Virus record (IMG/VR): IMGVR_UViG_3300043429_000173
Location: 1,489-65,488 of that record
Strand: one strand, 5' to 3'
From: a virus
Lineage: Duplodnaviria; Caudoviricetes
Length of the DNA stretch: 64,000 bases
This document shows positions 28,501-37,833 of the stretch, piece after piece. Below the pieces are notes generated by a model. That model did not search any database. It was not told the DNA's origin and worked only from the letters and a program-made list of their open reading frames with translations. The position numbers and the translations under genes are program-made. Each line of letters opens with the position of its first letter. The stretch's first letter is position 1.

Positions 28501-28589
28501 ATATATTCAGCTAACTTTCTAGCGTCTTCTACATCACCTGCGGCATCTGCCCTACGTAAGGCTTCATAAACCTGTGCTAGGTCGTTCAT
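22572..28589 (-). CDS. Large internal virion/ejection protein, polyvalent type (zincin-like domain plus LPD38-like C-terminus)
   Basis: 2005 aa, last gene of the structural arm; VYLFADNI...ILHEIGEH; C-terminal KPVIENMTNYSFFSGR and SPIKIDNFIRG. Confidence 0.7.
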   Translation of the reverse strand: MNDLAQVYEALRRADAAGDVEDARKLAEYIRSQTTFEEAPKRSRQNKSAMADLGTDIKRGVLELPSALTGLVDIPVGLVTGKPYAGKAADYLGEATGFQPSKWSEEAAQRYSPERLAQEQAVEQAEGFAGTTKAYLQNPRALTGLVAQALPATLAGGPAGRILGSAAKVASPTARIGLGEGAISAGMAMDATTQGGASEEDVRRKALASAGAGALTGVIGAKSAKLGERLGITDPESLFNRPLVQNLSEVEINNFMNAANRGIAARVGLGAVKEGLLEELPQSVQEQMFQNWAERKPIMENVSKAAAAGALAGAGMGGGFNAISKGMTQEDIKAELERRRVANAKSIQANLDRMASEAMGGTRESRPLETMQAQAAAAEREIDVAGATKVAQDYADQLNAVRRRQDEIAQTTAAVLAERPDLNLAHVMHKTDSPEGIKELLSNFDDYFYFENKKDAADLRKMLQQQLTDAKKAKVAESKLSPEEKQYYAMAQAYDLLEISTQDELRSRPLDQLEAARAEMEMRMADSKLPESKKPLYTQLMDMLDDAIANSPEVDAEQERADILARIEATEKEKAAAEQRAKLEALRTPESRQAYLAQQAAAEQQQQPIPDEAFQQPTEVMPSAEELFAQQQADEAAAFELQEQYAQPAEQAIEAEEQVDETVPKEQQALFTATGKPTRAALRGAPIDVGDGATIAQRDISSDELSNQQRATEAKEAKKPKRGAVAPDLGLAAQPTGRVGSGVQTQPDTLEELPQAKQLKSVGRKPKPSKLDLTGKVSAVRSRLNLMDAVISESDVALPNQMVERLVSLYQMQPTTEEQFNRWNNAVSEGISEVREFIASERKGTPTKVEANKQLEKDLKEAESRAQEGNEDYYDPDAFLYSKRKGKQGAEPKQVSARMREDSKEKSTVERLQNTVKGWFNPVWYNNAIKNGWLQIIDGTINESDLPQSIKDANQDAKAVFTPNGKVYLFADNIPKGNELGVILHEIGEHKGLENLIGKDRVVQLANRVRAMAEGKGKDAEIAKRAIAMAEGEKATDKELIAYFGEIAINNYGMKPGGKNKPEFGKAIGWLNDLWNSISKALATFHINPNALKGQDVVDLLYGAARLEMGAERANEATFDEAEDAEVMASRIQQLSPEEEQTLRDMGVRPFKVKGKQSMRDKMMDLMGGEMPIRDMVDRFGNKMVGPLYAISRKMTQAYGPDSFYNKITGKFHGHLAAQHSLNSIYFASGAVKSGTLEIDEKTGAPIIVAKDDNMPKLVGNYDALLKAIEADGNSPAMSYQLASFAILADRYKELQKIGQKTGAEFPKASYELGKEVQSKYANEFNQWRDTWNKVRQNKRQGLIASGLYTPKEVDTLLERLEYVPLYRMKDSEGMDAVFMRNLLSANYEQKLQFGTDDYDVADVMGNILKNEMWLYQRIMKNNTTNLMVDDLEQLEKDFGPEFGGHYTTAAAKDSDNVISFLRNGELKYFKINNSNDTAMFDSVPVINNMAMRIGNIVGSSLRRGITVTPSFWYRQAWQDAERAWMQGGSKQSFLKSIGTNVSQQFNNISKESPLAAEMRQLGIVGQVDFQDSFDHFMANILGRTDEGWMGKANKYIEKAERLAQNSDLAARASVYKAALDDGFTKQEAALKAQMMINYNHKGTSSFLRYMLATVPFVNAKIQSDWRLVDALKGNIPGVSKEDAKKLLIAKVAKFAAFTMLYAMARSGDDDYEDASDENRDRNFLISGFKIPVSPEYLVLKAGIEHTYRTMSEQEFESPAKFRHAMASGAMNLITSPTDIMPSLVKPVIENMTNYSFFSGRQLVGAGLSNKDTNEQYVKGQTSELAKYFSDIGQAVLGNDLNVSPIKIDNFIRGLFGSMGQDVLFASNVISDSLSDVERPAAKLNQLPEIGAMFYDPQGSQRKGDYYALRDRIESRYNTFLDLRKNNPERAKEYREEHKAELQLMPMINAIGKQLENTRAQRNRIMEMPASKMSGEEKREALDKIAEREKTMIGNRVQKLYERLE

Positions 28590-28598
28590 ACCATTCCT

Positions 28599-30293
28599 TT
28601 ATTTTTTAAGGTGCTTTGTCATAATGCTTTGAATATCCGCAGGAACTCCACCACCCATTGCTTGCTGATAATTTTTAATAGCTGCAGCTAATCGTTTTGG
28701 ATCTTCTACAAGGGATGGATCAGAGGTTACTAATAGTTTAGCTATAGCATCAGTACTCTTCATATCTTGTACACCAAATTTAATTCTTTCAGCAGCTTGA
28801 TCAAATGTAATCCCTGCTGATTCCGCATAACGTTCAATCATCTGAATTTCAGCTGGTTTCTTATTATACGCTTTTGCCATTTGGTTATAGTGTTGCTCTG
28901 TCAAATCAATCTCGCGGTCTTTTTGCTCTAATTGATACTTATCTTTAATCGCGTCCAACTTACCTTTAGCATTAACTTCTGCAGCACGTGCTTTGTCTGC
29001 TTGTTTAGCCAATCCAACTGCTCGACGGCTAGCATCATCAGCACGTTTGCTATCTGCACCATAATTAATTGCCGCCAATTGTTCGGCACGTTCAGCCTGA
29101 GCCACTTTAGATTCAAGCTCAAAGCGACGTTCTTCTGCTTTACGTAGGCTATCACGAGCTTCAGCAAATGATTTAATACCTTTAATGCCGCCTTCTGCAA
29201 TGTTCTGTAGGGCAAACTGTGACTTACCTGCAGCCATCCCTAACCCTGCTTCAGCTAATGCCATCCAAGGAGCACGTTCAGCTTCTTTTTCACCCATAGC
29301 TTGCATCTTAGCTAAGCGGTCTTTCATTGCAACACGACCTGCATCTTCGCCTAACTCAGATTTAAATTCAGCTGCGTAGTCACGCATTGATTGCTCTTTA
29401 GGCATAAATTTATCATACCCAGCTTCATCAACTGTAATTGGATTAAATACTAAATCACCATATGCATTACGTGATGGACGACCTTTACCTGTACCTGCAG
29501 CTGTATCGACGACAGCTTTTTCTTTACGTGTTTTAGTATCACCGAGTGACTTCACGCCTTTATCAGCAACAGGAATATCCACCATGCGATCCATAAACGC
29601 ACTTTGAGGTGCAGTCGCATCTGATACTAATTGGTTAATGCCTTCACGAGTTGCACCCACAGTAACAGGCTTACCTGCTAAATTAGCACGGGTAATATTA
29701 TCCGCTTCAGCTAAATCTAATTGCGCTAAACGGCTTTGTTTTTTTGCTTCTTCAGCAGCACTAAATCCTGTACTGCGAGGCATAAAGCCTTCAACTTCAT
29801 AAGCACGTACTAGCTTGCCTGTTTTAGGATCGCGCATCCAGCTTAGCTGACCCGGTGCAGTAAGGATGTCTTTTGTATATGCAAACCCACGACGAACCGC
29901 TTCTGTTGGATCATAGTCTACGTTTGCTAATGCTCGTTGATATGCAATATCATCTTGTGACAAGCCGCCTTTTACGAAGTGTTCTACTTCACCGCCATCT
30001 TCAAACGCAACAATACCACCAGCCGCCATAGCTTGTTCATCATACATAGTGTCAGGCACAGGTAGGCTAGCTACGCCTTGATCAGCAGACATCATTTGAT
30101 CTGCTACTGTTGCTTGCGGTGCTTGTGGTTGTGCTTGCGGTGCGGCAGCTGCACGGATTTGTTTACGACGACTGATCTCAGCTAATGCTAGTGCTGAAGG
30201 CACTTGAAGGTTTGGGTCTTTTAGATAGCCAATTAACGATGCATCAGGTACATCTTTTAGACGTTCAACCAACTGAATAATATTCATGTTCAT
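28599..30293 (-). CDS. Internal virion (ejection) protein
   Basis: Ala/Gln-rich, helical; MAAGGIVAFEDGG; position. Confidence 0.65.
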   Translation of the reverse strand: MNMNIIQLVERLKDVPDASLIGYLKDPNLQVPSALALAEISRRKQIRAAAAPQAQPQAPQATVADQMMSADQGVASLPVPDTMYDEQAMAAGGIVAFEDGGEVEHFVKGGLSQDDIAYQRALANVDYDPTEAVRRGFAYTKDILTAPGQLSWMRDPKTGKLVRAYEVEGFMPRSTGFSAAEEAKKQSRLAQLDLAEADNITRANLAGKPVTVGATREGINQLVSDATAPQSAFMDRMVDIPVADKGVKSLGDTKTRKEKAVVDTAAGTGKGRPSRNAYGDLVFNPITVDEAGYDKFMPKEQSMRDYAAEFKSELGEDAGRVAMKDRLAKMQAMGEKEAERAPWMALAEAGLGMAAGKSQFALQNIAEGGIKGIKSFAEARDSLRKAEERRFELESKVAQAERAEQLAAINYGADSKRADDASRRAVGLAKQADKARAAEVNAKGKLDAIKDKYQLEQKDREIDLTEQHYNQMAKAYNKKPAEIQMIERYAESAGITFDQAAERIKFGVQDMKSTDAIAKLLVTSDPSLVEDPKRLAAAIKNYQQAMGGGVPADIQSIMTKHLKK

Positions 30294-30296
30294 ATC

Positions 30297-31388
30297 TTAT
30301 CCTAACGCTTTAGCTAAACCTAGACCAGCTAGACCTAAACCTGCAATCTGTGACGCTTGCGATGGTGCTGGTGTATATTGTACTTGAGTTGAACCCAACG
30401 CACCTGCATTACCACGAAGAATATCACTATAGAACTGCAATTGTTGACGCGCAAAGTTTTGTTGCGCCATCTTGTTTTGGTAGTCGATGTCTGCTTGTTT
30501 TTGACCCATCGCTTGTTGTTCTGCACCAACAGCACCTTGCGCTGTAAGTCTTGCTAAGTCAGCTTGTTGTTGCTCAGTACCAAGTGCACCCAATGCTTTA
30601 GATGTATCAATGCCACCCTGCATACCAGCAAGACCAAGTTGTGAGCCCAATGTAGCTGCATATTGCTGAGCTTGTTGTTGACGTTGTTGATCAGCATTGA
30701 ACTGTTGCTGTGCATTCTGGAATGCTTGTTGGCTACCCTGCGCTTGAATATCGCCTAGTGTACGCATTAAGTTACGATCACCTTCAGCCTGAAGCAATGC
30801 TTGACGAGCACCACCAAATGTACCACGACCAATTGCACCCATTGCACCAGCTTGTTTTTGTAAAACGCCTTGTTGACGTGCTTCACGTAACGCCATATCG
30901 GTTACGTTTTGTTGGTATGGGTTCATATACTGTGCAGCTTGAGCACCACCAAATGTCTGTGCAGATTGTGGGTTGTACATAAACGCTTGACCCAAACCTT
31001 GTAGTGCAGTGCCATAACCTAATTGTTGCCCAGCAGTTAACCCAGTAGATGATTGCCCAAACTCACCCGGACGATTTAAACCTGCAACGGCTTGTTGTGT
31101 TTGTTGTTGCAACGGAGTAAACCCAGTAACTGATTGTAGCGGTAAGTTTGTAGCAGGCTTCATGCCTGTTACTGTGCCAGAAGCATCTGTTGCAAAAACC
31201 TCTTTACCTGTTTGCTTTAAAAGCTCTTGGTAGTATGGCTGTGCATACTCAGGTAAGTTGGTTGAGTATGAAGTAGAGGTTTGTGTACCGCCGCCACCAC
31301 TGTCCCCGCCGCCACCTTCAAGTGTCATGCGTTTACCTACTGGTTGAAATGCCTTAATAGGCAACATATCTAAATGGTTATATCTCAT
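30297..31388 (-). CDS. Internal virion / DNA pilot protein
   Basis: Gln/Gly/Ala-rich; YMNPY, GTFGGAR; hydrophobic C-terminal tail. Confidence 0.65.
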   Translation of the reverse strand: MRYNHLDMLPIKAFQPVGKRMTLEGGGGDSGGGGTQTSTSYSTNLPEYAQPYYQELLKQTGKEVFATDASGTVTGMKPATNLPLQSVTGFTPLQQQTQQAVAGLNRPGEFGQSSTGLTAGQQLGYGTALQGLGQAFMYNPQSAQTFGGAQAAQYMNPYQQNVTDMALREARQQGVLQKQAGAMGAIGRGTFGGARQALLQAEGDRNLMRTLGDIQAQGSQQAFQNAQQQFNADQQRQQQAQQYAATLGSQLGLAGMQGGIDTSKALGALGTEQQQADLARLTAQGAVGAEQQAMGQKQADIDYQNKMAQQNFARQQLQFYSDILRGNAGALGSTQVQYTPAPSQASQIAGLGLAGLGLAKALG

Positions 31389-31798
31389 AATTTTTTCTCC
31401 ACGATTACGTATCGCGTTTCTGTACCGAATGCTTTATGCCAAAGTCTTGCAACTGAATCGAATGCAGCACCTCTGATAAGAGTAGCGCCGTTTTGTCTTA
31501 GGCAGTTCTCAAACTGTGCCCATAATTCTTTATCTGTTAATGCTTTACCACCCACTGAGGTTATGAATGCCACTCGGTCATTAGGGTAATTAGTAAACAA
31601 AACAGATACTGCCCCATGCACTTTATTAGCATCATCAATAATAACTACAAGCATCTGAGCGCCTGAAGTGAGGTAAACCTTTAGATGATCTACATTATAC
31701 TCCCCACCAGAACGAATTAAACCTTTCGCAAGGAGAGGCTCAACTTGATCCCACACATGATATACATACTGTGGAGGTATAATTTCTACCCGTTTCAT
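31385..31798 (-). CDS. Conserved virion-assembly protein, possible GNAT fold
   Basis: Size, position among ejection genes, alpha/beta pattern. Confidence 0.5.
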   Translation of the reverse strand: MKRVEIIPPQYVYHVWDQVEPLLAKGLIRSGGEYNVDHLKVYLTSGAQMLVVIIDDANKVHGAVSVLFTNYPNDRVAFITSVGGKALTDKELWAQFENCLRQNGATLIRGAAFDSVARLWHKAFGTETRYVIVEKKL

Positions 31799-33684
31799 TA
31801 TGCAGGCATGAATTTGTTAGGGTTAATTTGTTTACCTTGTTTCTTGTTGCCTGTACGTGCATGGCGTACTTTGTCTAGCATTGCATATAAACGTTTAGAA
31901 CCTGCTTTAGTTGAGCCATTACCTAGATGTGAAACCACATCTGCTGGGATAACAAACTCACCATCCGCTAAACGTGCTGGCTGCTTACCTTCGATTGTAG
32001 CAGGAATTGAATCACTCATGCCGTCACCCGGACCATCTAAGTAACCACCTTTAGCATAGCCTGCAACACCACCTTCAGCCATTGCATTTAATCGACCTAA
32101 TCCATAACCATCACGGCTTAACATAGGACCAGTAGTAGCATCATCTTGAGAGCCATACAAATCACGAACACCACCTGATTGAATAGTGCCACCCATAGCA
32201 TATTGTTTATTTAAGTTTAAACGCGCTAATGATGTTTCAGCTGTTGGTGCAGTGTCCGCTGTTTTTGCAGTTGAACCCATAGAGTTTAGTCCAGCAATCC
32301 CTGTTCTAGTTGTTGTAGCTGGACCACCAGATAAAGTGCTCATACTTCTAGCAACTTGCGGTGCATTTGCTGTGCTCCCCATACCACCACGACCAGACAT
32401 AGCTGCCGCTAATTGAGATTCATATGCTGAACGTGCTGCTTCAATCTGATCGTTGTCGGCAAATAAACCTAACTGTGGGACAGGGATAGAAGGCATTGAC
32501 TGTCTAGCCCCAAAACCCATCATACCCATACCACCTGAAGGTTGCGAATCAGCATCTGGGTTATAGCCATACTTAGCATTAATGTCAGATACATCTAAAG
32601 GTAATAAACCTGCACCTTGCATTGCAGCAGCACCGCCACCCGGTAAATCACGTGGATCTGCCATACCACCATCAGCAAATGATACTGGACCACCCTGTGC
32701 ATATAGACGTAGACCTGTATCACCTGAAAGGTTTAGTCTAGCATTTGGGTTATATGCACCACGATTATCAGGTTTTATAGGATCACCGTAGATGTCTGAC
32801 ATTTCTAATCCACCTAAGCCAGCGCCTACTAATGGCATACCAACAGACGTTAATGCTTTTGTTGTACCGCCTACATAATCTGCATATGCACCGGGATTTT
32901 GAATTGCTCTTGAAATACCTGTACCAGCTTGTTCAAACCCTTGAGTGCCTGACAAAATAGTTGGCTTATTCATAACACCAGAAGCTGGGATGTTGGTAGA
33001 CATTTGACCTGATAAATTAACATTTGCACCAGAACCAACTACAGGTTTAGCGCCTGCTAACGAATTAAAATTTGTAGCCTGTGAGGTATTTCCGAAAATG
33101 CCAGGACCACCACTTTGAACGTTTGCAAAATCAATACCTGGTTTGATTGCATTAGCCGCTTGAACTTGACCTGATTTTAATAGTGCCGCTTGAGCTAATT
33201 CGTTTTGAACTGCTGCATCGCCAGCACCAGCTACTGCACTTGCCTTACCTACTTGATCAGCTGCAGTTGCTGCTGTGTTTACTGACGTATTAGCTGCTGG
33301 AGCAGCTGCACCAAAGCCTTGTAATGAAGAACCTAATCCAGCACCGCCATAGCCACCTAGGCCACCCATAATGCCTTGTTTAATATCACCTGTAGCTGCT
33401 GCAGTAACACCACCCGTAATCAAACCAATTGCTAAAGGACTTAAAGCACCACCAGAAGCTACGCTTAAACCTGCTCCAGCAATAGTAGGAAGCAATGAAC
33501 GGAAGAACCCACCTAAGCTAAATGCTTCTGGCAGCCCTGTTTCAGGGTTAATAGTAAGTGATGTACCTTGCGATTTAGCAAGTGCTTGAAGACCGGCAAC
33601 CTCATGTGGCTGCATATGTACTAGCGTTGAGTCACCGTTGCGACCTAGCTGTGCGATACCTTGAGCGATTTGGTGTGTTGCCAT
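31798..33684 (-). CDS. Internal virion protein
   Basis: GRNGDSTLVHM...INPETGLPEAF N-terminus; GPGDGMSDSIPA...LADGEFVIPA C-terminal domain. Confidence 0.7.
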   Translation of the reverse strand: MATHQIAQGIAQLGRNGDSTLVHMQPHEVAGLQALAKSQGTSLTINPETGLPEAFSLGGFFRSLLPTIAGAGLSVASGGALSPLAIGLITGGVTAAATGDIKQGIMGGLGGYGGAGLGSSLQGFGAAAPAANTSVNTAATAADQVGKASAVAGAGDAAVQNELAQAALLKSGQVQAANAIKPGIDFANVQSGGPGIFGNTSQATNFNSLAGAKPVVGSGANVNLSGQMSTNIPASGVMNKPTILSGTQGFEQAGTGISRAIQNPGAYADYVGGTTKALTSVGMPLVGAGLGGLEMSDIYGDPIKPDNRGAYNPNARLNLSGDTGLRLYAQGGPVSFADGGMADPRDLPGGGAAAMQGAGLLPLDVSDINAKYGYNPDADSQPSGGMGMMGFGARQSMPSIPVPQLGLFADNDQIEAARSAYESQLAAAMSGRGGMGSTANAPQVARSMSTLSGGPATTTRTGIAGLNSMGSTAKTADTAPTAETSLARLNLNKQYAMGGTIQSGGVRDLYGSQDDATTGPMLSRDGYGLGRLNAMAEGGVAGYAKGGYLDGPGDGMSDSIPATIEGKQPARLADGEFVIPADVVSHLGNGSTKAGSKRLYAMLDKVRHARTGNKKQGKQINPNKFMPA

Positions 33685-33715
33685 TTTTAGTCCTTACTTA
33701 ATTTCTTGAATAATA

Positions 33716-34402
33716 TCATGATGGTAGTGCAGATACAAACGTTATAGAGCCTATTACTGATGGAACTGCTGGGTATGCCATAGGAGTAGTTTGTGCAGGT
33801 AGCGCATAAATATAAATACCTGTAGCACCGCCTGAAGAAGCCGCTTGTGTAGCACCCCACCATAAACCTACTTTATCACCTGCATTAAGCTCAAATACTA
33901 CTTCTGAATAACCGCCTACAAATGATGGAATCCCTGCACTCTTACGTGCTGGTACAGTAAAAATAGTGGTTGAATTTGCAACATCGTTAGCTGAAATTGA
34001 TCCGTTTTTACGAAGCCATACAATCGCATCGTGTGCTGCATTATCATCATTAGCTAGCTGAAGACTATATGTTATTTTATACAACCCAGTGTATTGTGCG
34101 GTAGCGGTGTTATCTACATTTAACGTAAACCCCAGCCCATAATCTAAAGTACTCCATTCAATAATCGTCGGAGTATTAGCTGCCGTAGCATATTGAGTTA
34201 CATTATCTGAAGCGGCAATATGAGGAAACTGTAAAAATCTACCACCACTAGTATCAAACAACACTCTAAGTGAATCAGCTAAACGGTTAAAGTACAACCG
34301 AAGCACATTGTTTAGAATGTCAAAGTGCTGCCCACTATAGACCGTAGGCGCAATAGGTAAGTTTGGTGCAGCTGGCGATTCTAGTCGTTTAAGCTCAGCC
34401 AT
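33716..34402 (-). CDS. Tail-associated protein with C1q/TNF-like beta domain
   Basis: APNLP N-terminus; TGLYKITYSLQL, VWLRKNG, LNAGDKV. Confidence 0.6.
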   Translation of the reverse strand: MAELKRLESPAAPNLPIAPTVYSGQHFDILNNVLRLYFNRLADSLRVLFDTSGGRFLQFPHIAASDNVTQYATAANTPTIIEWSTLDYGLGFTLNVDNTATAQYTGLYKITYSLQLANDDNAAHDAIVWLRKNGSISANDVANSTTIFTVPARKSAGIPSFVGGYSEVVFELNAGDKVGLWWGATQAASSGGATGIYIYALPAQTTPMAYPAVPSVIGSITFVSALPS

Positions 34403-34404
34403 TA

Positions 34405-36351
34405 TTATCCTCTGCGACCATCAGGACGTGCATCAGCACGAGGCATACCTAACTGCCATTGTACCCCAACACCAGTTGAACCAATTCTAAAGTTCATCTG
34501 ACGACCACGCGCACGAACAAATACTTGGTTGGTGTATTGGTTAATCGTTGCTTCAGTTACCACGTTACGTGATGTTGATAAGTTGCTTGCATTAGTCGTT
34601 TCGCTTACCGCGCCAGGGAAGTTACGCACGCCAACTATCATCGTAGCTTCTGGAGTAATAGGTGCACCTGTTACAGGGTTAGATATAGCTGAACCAGTAA
34701 AGTTAACGTCAGGAATAATACGACGTAGTAGCATAAAGTTTTCACCATCTGATATGTCTACATCAGCTGATTGGATATAGCTGTTCATCCCAAGAGGAGC
34801 GGCACCTAAAGGCTGTCCATCGTTTTGACCATTTTCATGCTGGTATACCCAACCATCTTGGGTAGCTAATGGATAATCAGTATTACCTGCATCAACCCAA
34901 GAGGTACGTGATAATTGCCCATAGTACCAAATATTTTCGCTATAGTTATAGATTACATATCTATCGATTTGTGATGCATTAGCTGAACAATAGAACCAAA
35001 TAATTTCATTAAACTGTGCATTACTACCAGCAAAGAATATTTGACCTTGTGTACGGTTAATATCAGTAAACACATACTGACGTAGCGTACATGGCAACGT
35101 ATCAACACGACCTGAATAAGTATAGAACTTATCATTACCCATCCAATAGGTAACGTTATTTGCCCCTGTAACTGCATTAGGTCCGATAATTGAGATATGC
35201 GCTGAAAGCGGTTGTTGACCAAATACTTCTGCCGTACCTAAAAACTGCATAGAGTAGAGTGCAGTGTTAGTCCAAATCAATGTTTCTTGACGCGTATTGA
35301 TCGCTGATATAATTTCTGAACCTGCTTGTAGCCTAAAGAAGCCAGCAGTGTTTGTCAGTTCAGGTTTCCAGTTTTCAGGCTCAGGTCCAATATCGGCATC
35401 AACGTTAGCCCAACGTACCATTAACGGATCATATGCACCTAGATAATCTGGAGGTGTTCCTCCTGCATCGTATTGCGTACAGCCTAAAGCAATTAAGTGA
35501 CCAGTCGATGCAAATAAAATCTTACCTACTTGTTGTGGTACCGCAACGGCACCTGCTACATCTGATAGTAATATAGCGCGAGTAGAGAATGAGCTATTAA
35601 ATGCCCAGTAGTATATATCCCCACCACCAATATTAAACAATAAATCATTGTTAAAGTTTTGGAAGAACTCTAGGCGAGCCGGTTGGAATACCGGCGTTGT
35701 TGTACCAGAACCCCAAGTACCACGTCCCCATGTTCCTGCACCCCAACCATAACCTGCTGTAACGTTATTATTACCGATAGGAATTTGAAAGGCTGCAACA
35801 ATTGCAGTACCGCCGCCAGCAGCAACGGTTGAAGTAGCCGCAGTTGCTACTGTAATATCAAACGTATTAGTTGTAACATTAGCTACTTTAAATTCTTTAT
35901 TTAAGTCAGATGCAGGGATGCCGCCTACTGGACCCGTAGCCCCAGAGAATGTTACATAATCCCCATCTTCAGCACCATGTGCTGTAAGCGTTACAGTTAC
36001 AGTAGTTGAAGTATTAGTTGTAGCAAAGCAGTTATCAGTAGATGGTGTTGAACCGGAGTTATATGTTACGCGAATAGGCGTGATGTCAATTAATGATGTA
36101 CCTACAACTAGGTATATTTTTTCGTTAGTACCAACCGCAGTAATCTGTTGTCCTGTAGAAGTAATCCAAGGATAAATAGCCCTAGCTGCTCCAGCATAAG
36201 GTTGTAATGTTTGAACAACCCAACCACCAATTTTTTCTGGAAAGCCTGAACGAAAGCGTACCTTATCCATTTCAAACCAACCGCCTTCTGAAGCATAGTT
36301 AGTCTGATCGCGATTGATACCGGGTTTAAATACTAGTTTAGATAGCGCCAT
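34405..36351 (-). CDS. Tail nozzle / packaged-DNA stabilisation protein
   Basis: 648 aa beta-rich; FKPGI...VRF..G.PEKIGGW, EIIWFY, RARGRQ; position before ejection genes. Confidence 0.65.
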   Translation of the reverse strand: MALSKLVFKPGINRDQTNYASEGGWFEMDKVRFRSGFPEKIGGWVVQTLQPYAGAARAIYPWITSTGQQITAVGTNEKIYLVVGTSLIDITPIRVTYNSGSTPSTDNCFATTNTSTTVTVTLTAHGAEDGDYVTFSGATGPVGGIPASDLNKEFKVANVTTNTFDITVATAATSTVAAGGGTAIVAAFQIPIGNNNVTAGYGWGAGTWGRGTWGSGTTTPVFQPARLEFFQNFNNDLLFNIGGGDIYYWAFNSSFSTRAILLSDVAGAVAVPQQVGKILFASTGHLIALGCTQYDAGGTPPDYLGAYDPLMVRWANVDADIGPEPENWKPELTNTAGFFRLQAGSEIISAINTRQETLIWTNTALYSMQFLGTAEVFGQQPLSAHISIIGPNAVTGANNVTYWMGNDKFYTYSGRVDTLPCTLRQYVFTDINRTQGQIFFAGSNAQFNEIIWFYCSANASQIDRYVIYNYSENIWYYGQLSRTSWVDAGNTDYPLATQDGWVYQHENGQNDGQPLGAAPLGMNSYIQSADVDISDGENFMLLRRIIPDVNFTGSAISNPVTGAPITPEATMIVGVRNFPGAVSETTNASNLSTSRNVVTEATINQYTNQVFVRARGRQMNFRIGSTGVGVQWQLGMPRADARPDGRRG

Positions 36352-36352
36352 G

Positions 36353-36847
36353 TTATTTACCTAAGAATAATGCTTCTTCATCTTTACGGCGATTATCTAG
36401 CCCTCTTAGGACTTTGCCGCCCGCTTTATTATACTTGCGTAAGCTTTCCATAGCACCCTTTTTATCGCCACGGTTAATCTTTTGACGAACCTGAGATCTT
36501 TGCAACCAGCCAGGACCAAGGTTATAAGTAGCAGATATAAGAGCGTCAAATTCATGCTGTCTAAGCGGTACACTAATAAAACGCTCGACTGCTCGCTCAA
36601 ACTTGGCGACATCTTTAACCAATAATGCGTCAATTTCTTCTACACTCCATACTCGATTGTCTGCATACTTTAAAGGAAAAGCTTTACGCGCAGCCATACC
36701 TTCAGGTGTAGAAGGTATTTTCATCTGTTCTGGATACATTGCATGACCGTAGCCTATCGTCCAGATTTTAGCAGCACACTGATAGGGCTTTTTACGAAAC
36801 CCTTCGTGATGCTTGAGTAGCTTAATGCCTTTCTCACTTACTTTCAT
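36353..36847 (-). CDS. Endolysin, GH24 phage lysozyme
   Basis: HEGFRKKPYQCAAKIWTIGYGH (E-x8-C-x5-T), FDAL, YNLG, GLDNRRKDE. Confidence 0.92.
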   Translation of the reverse strand: MKVSEKGIKLLKHHEGFRKKPYQCAAKIWTIGYGHAMYPEQMKIPSTPEGMAARKAFPLKYADNRVWSVEEIDALLVKDVAKFERAVERFISVPLRQHEFDALISATYNLGPGWLQRSQVRQKINRGDKKGAMESLRKYNKAGGKVLRGLDNRRKDEEALFLGK

Positions 36848-37331
36848 TATGCTTTTCCCATTGACGTGAGCCAAAGTAGAAGCCAATAATTGAACTTAAG
36901 ATTGCCATTTCGTCAGAGCCAAACACTTCACGTAATGCTAGTAGAAAATCTACATTAGTATGAATAGCCCACCATAAGCCAATAAAGTTAATAGCAACCA
37001 ATTCAAATACAAAAGTGAAAGCAATAACAGGGCGCACAGCAGCATTAAGGTTACGGATAAAGGGTCCAGCTGCTTCAACCAACGTTTTATCATGGTCATA
37101 TAACGCCTCACGTTCTTTAGTGTAAGTTTCTGCTAGAGTGCTTTCATATTCAATAGCTGCAATTTTTTCCTGTGATGCAAAGCCTGCTTGCGCCATAGCC
37201 AGTTCACGTTCAGTTTGCATCTTAGCCATTGCTAGCTCATGCTTTTGGTCAGCCTTAGCTTGGAAGAACCCTAAGATATTTGGTAAGCTTGAAGAAGCAA
37301 TACCTAGTAAACCTGATAATATTGATAGCAT
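36834..37331 (-). CDS. Holin (3TM/GTA-type)
   Basis: VRPVIAF, TM helices, IIGFYFGSR; adjacent to lysozyme. Confidence 0.75.
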   Translation of the reverse strand: MLSILSGLLGIASSSLPNILGFFQAKADQKHELAMAKMQTERELAMAQAGFASQEKIAAIEYESTLAETYTKEREALYDHDKTLVEAAGPFIRNLNAAVRPVIAFTFVFELVAINFIGLWWAIHTNVDFLLALREVFGSDEMAILSSIIGFYFGSRQWEKHNESK

Positions 37332-37332
37332 G

Positions 37333-37833
37333 TTAGTTTCCTAATGGGTTAACGGTAGCTTTCTGCAACGCTTTCATACGTGCTTCTAAGCCTTCTCTTG
37401 TTGATTTAAGTTCTTCACGAATACTAGATAGCATCGCTTGTGTTTCACGTTGTGTACCTAGCGCAATTGTCTTAGCCTCTGTAGATGCAACAGCAGCCTC
37501 GCTTGCCTTTTCCTGTACTCGCGCCAGTTGACTTGATGCTTGTACTAGCGCACTTTGAGCGCCTGATACTTCTGCACGTAGTCTTGCGTTTTCTTGCTCT
37601 AGTGCCGCGTTCTTAGTTAGCAGCTCAGTGTTAGTCTTGCTGATTAAACTTTTAACTTCGCTATCATCATAAGGCTTGTAGTCCTTAACAAAATCAATCG
37701 AAGCCTTGGAGTCGTTGAAATACGTAACCCCTAAGTAAATTATGCTCCCACCGCCCCCTATTATCAAAGTAAGCAGTAGCTTCACTGTCGACGATAAATT
37801 CGAGTAAGACTCCTTGATTTCCTCTAAGCTCAT
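37333..37833 (-). CDS. Membrane-anchored coiled-coil protein (i-spanin-like topology)
   Basis: N-terminal TM then a long heptad region; CAGGAG RBS; next to holin. Confidence 0.55.
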   Translation of the reverse strand: MSLEEIKESYSNLSSTVKLLLTLIIGGGGSIIYLGVTYFNDSKASIDFVKDYKPYDDSEVKSLISKTNTELLTKNAALEQENARLRAEVSGAQSALVQASSQLARVQEKASEAAVASTEAKTIALGTQRETQAMLSSIREELKSTREGLEARMKALQKATVNPLGN

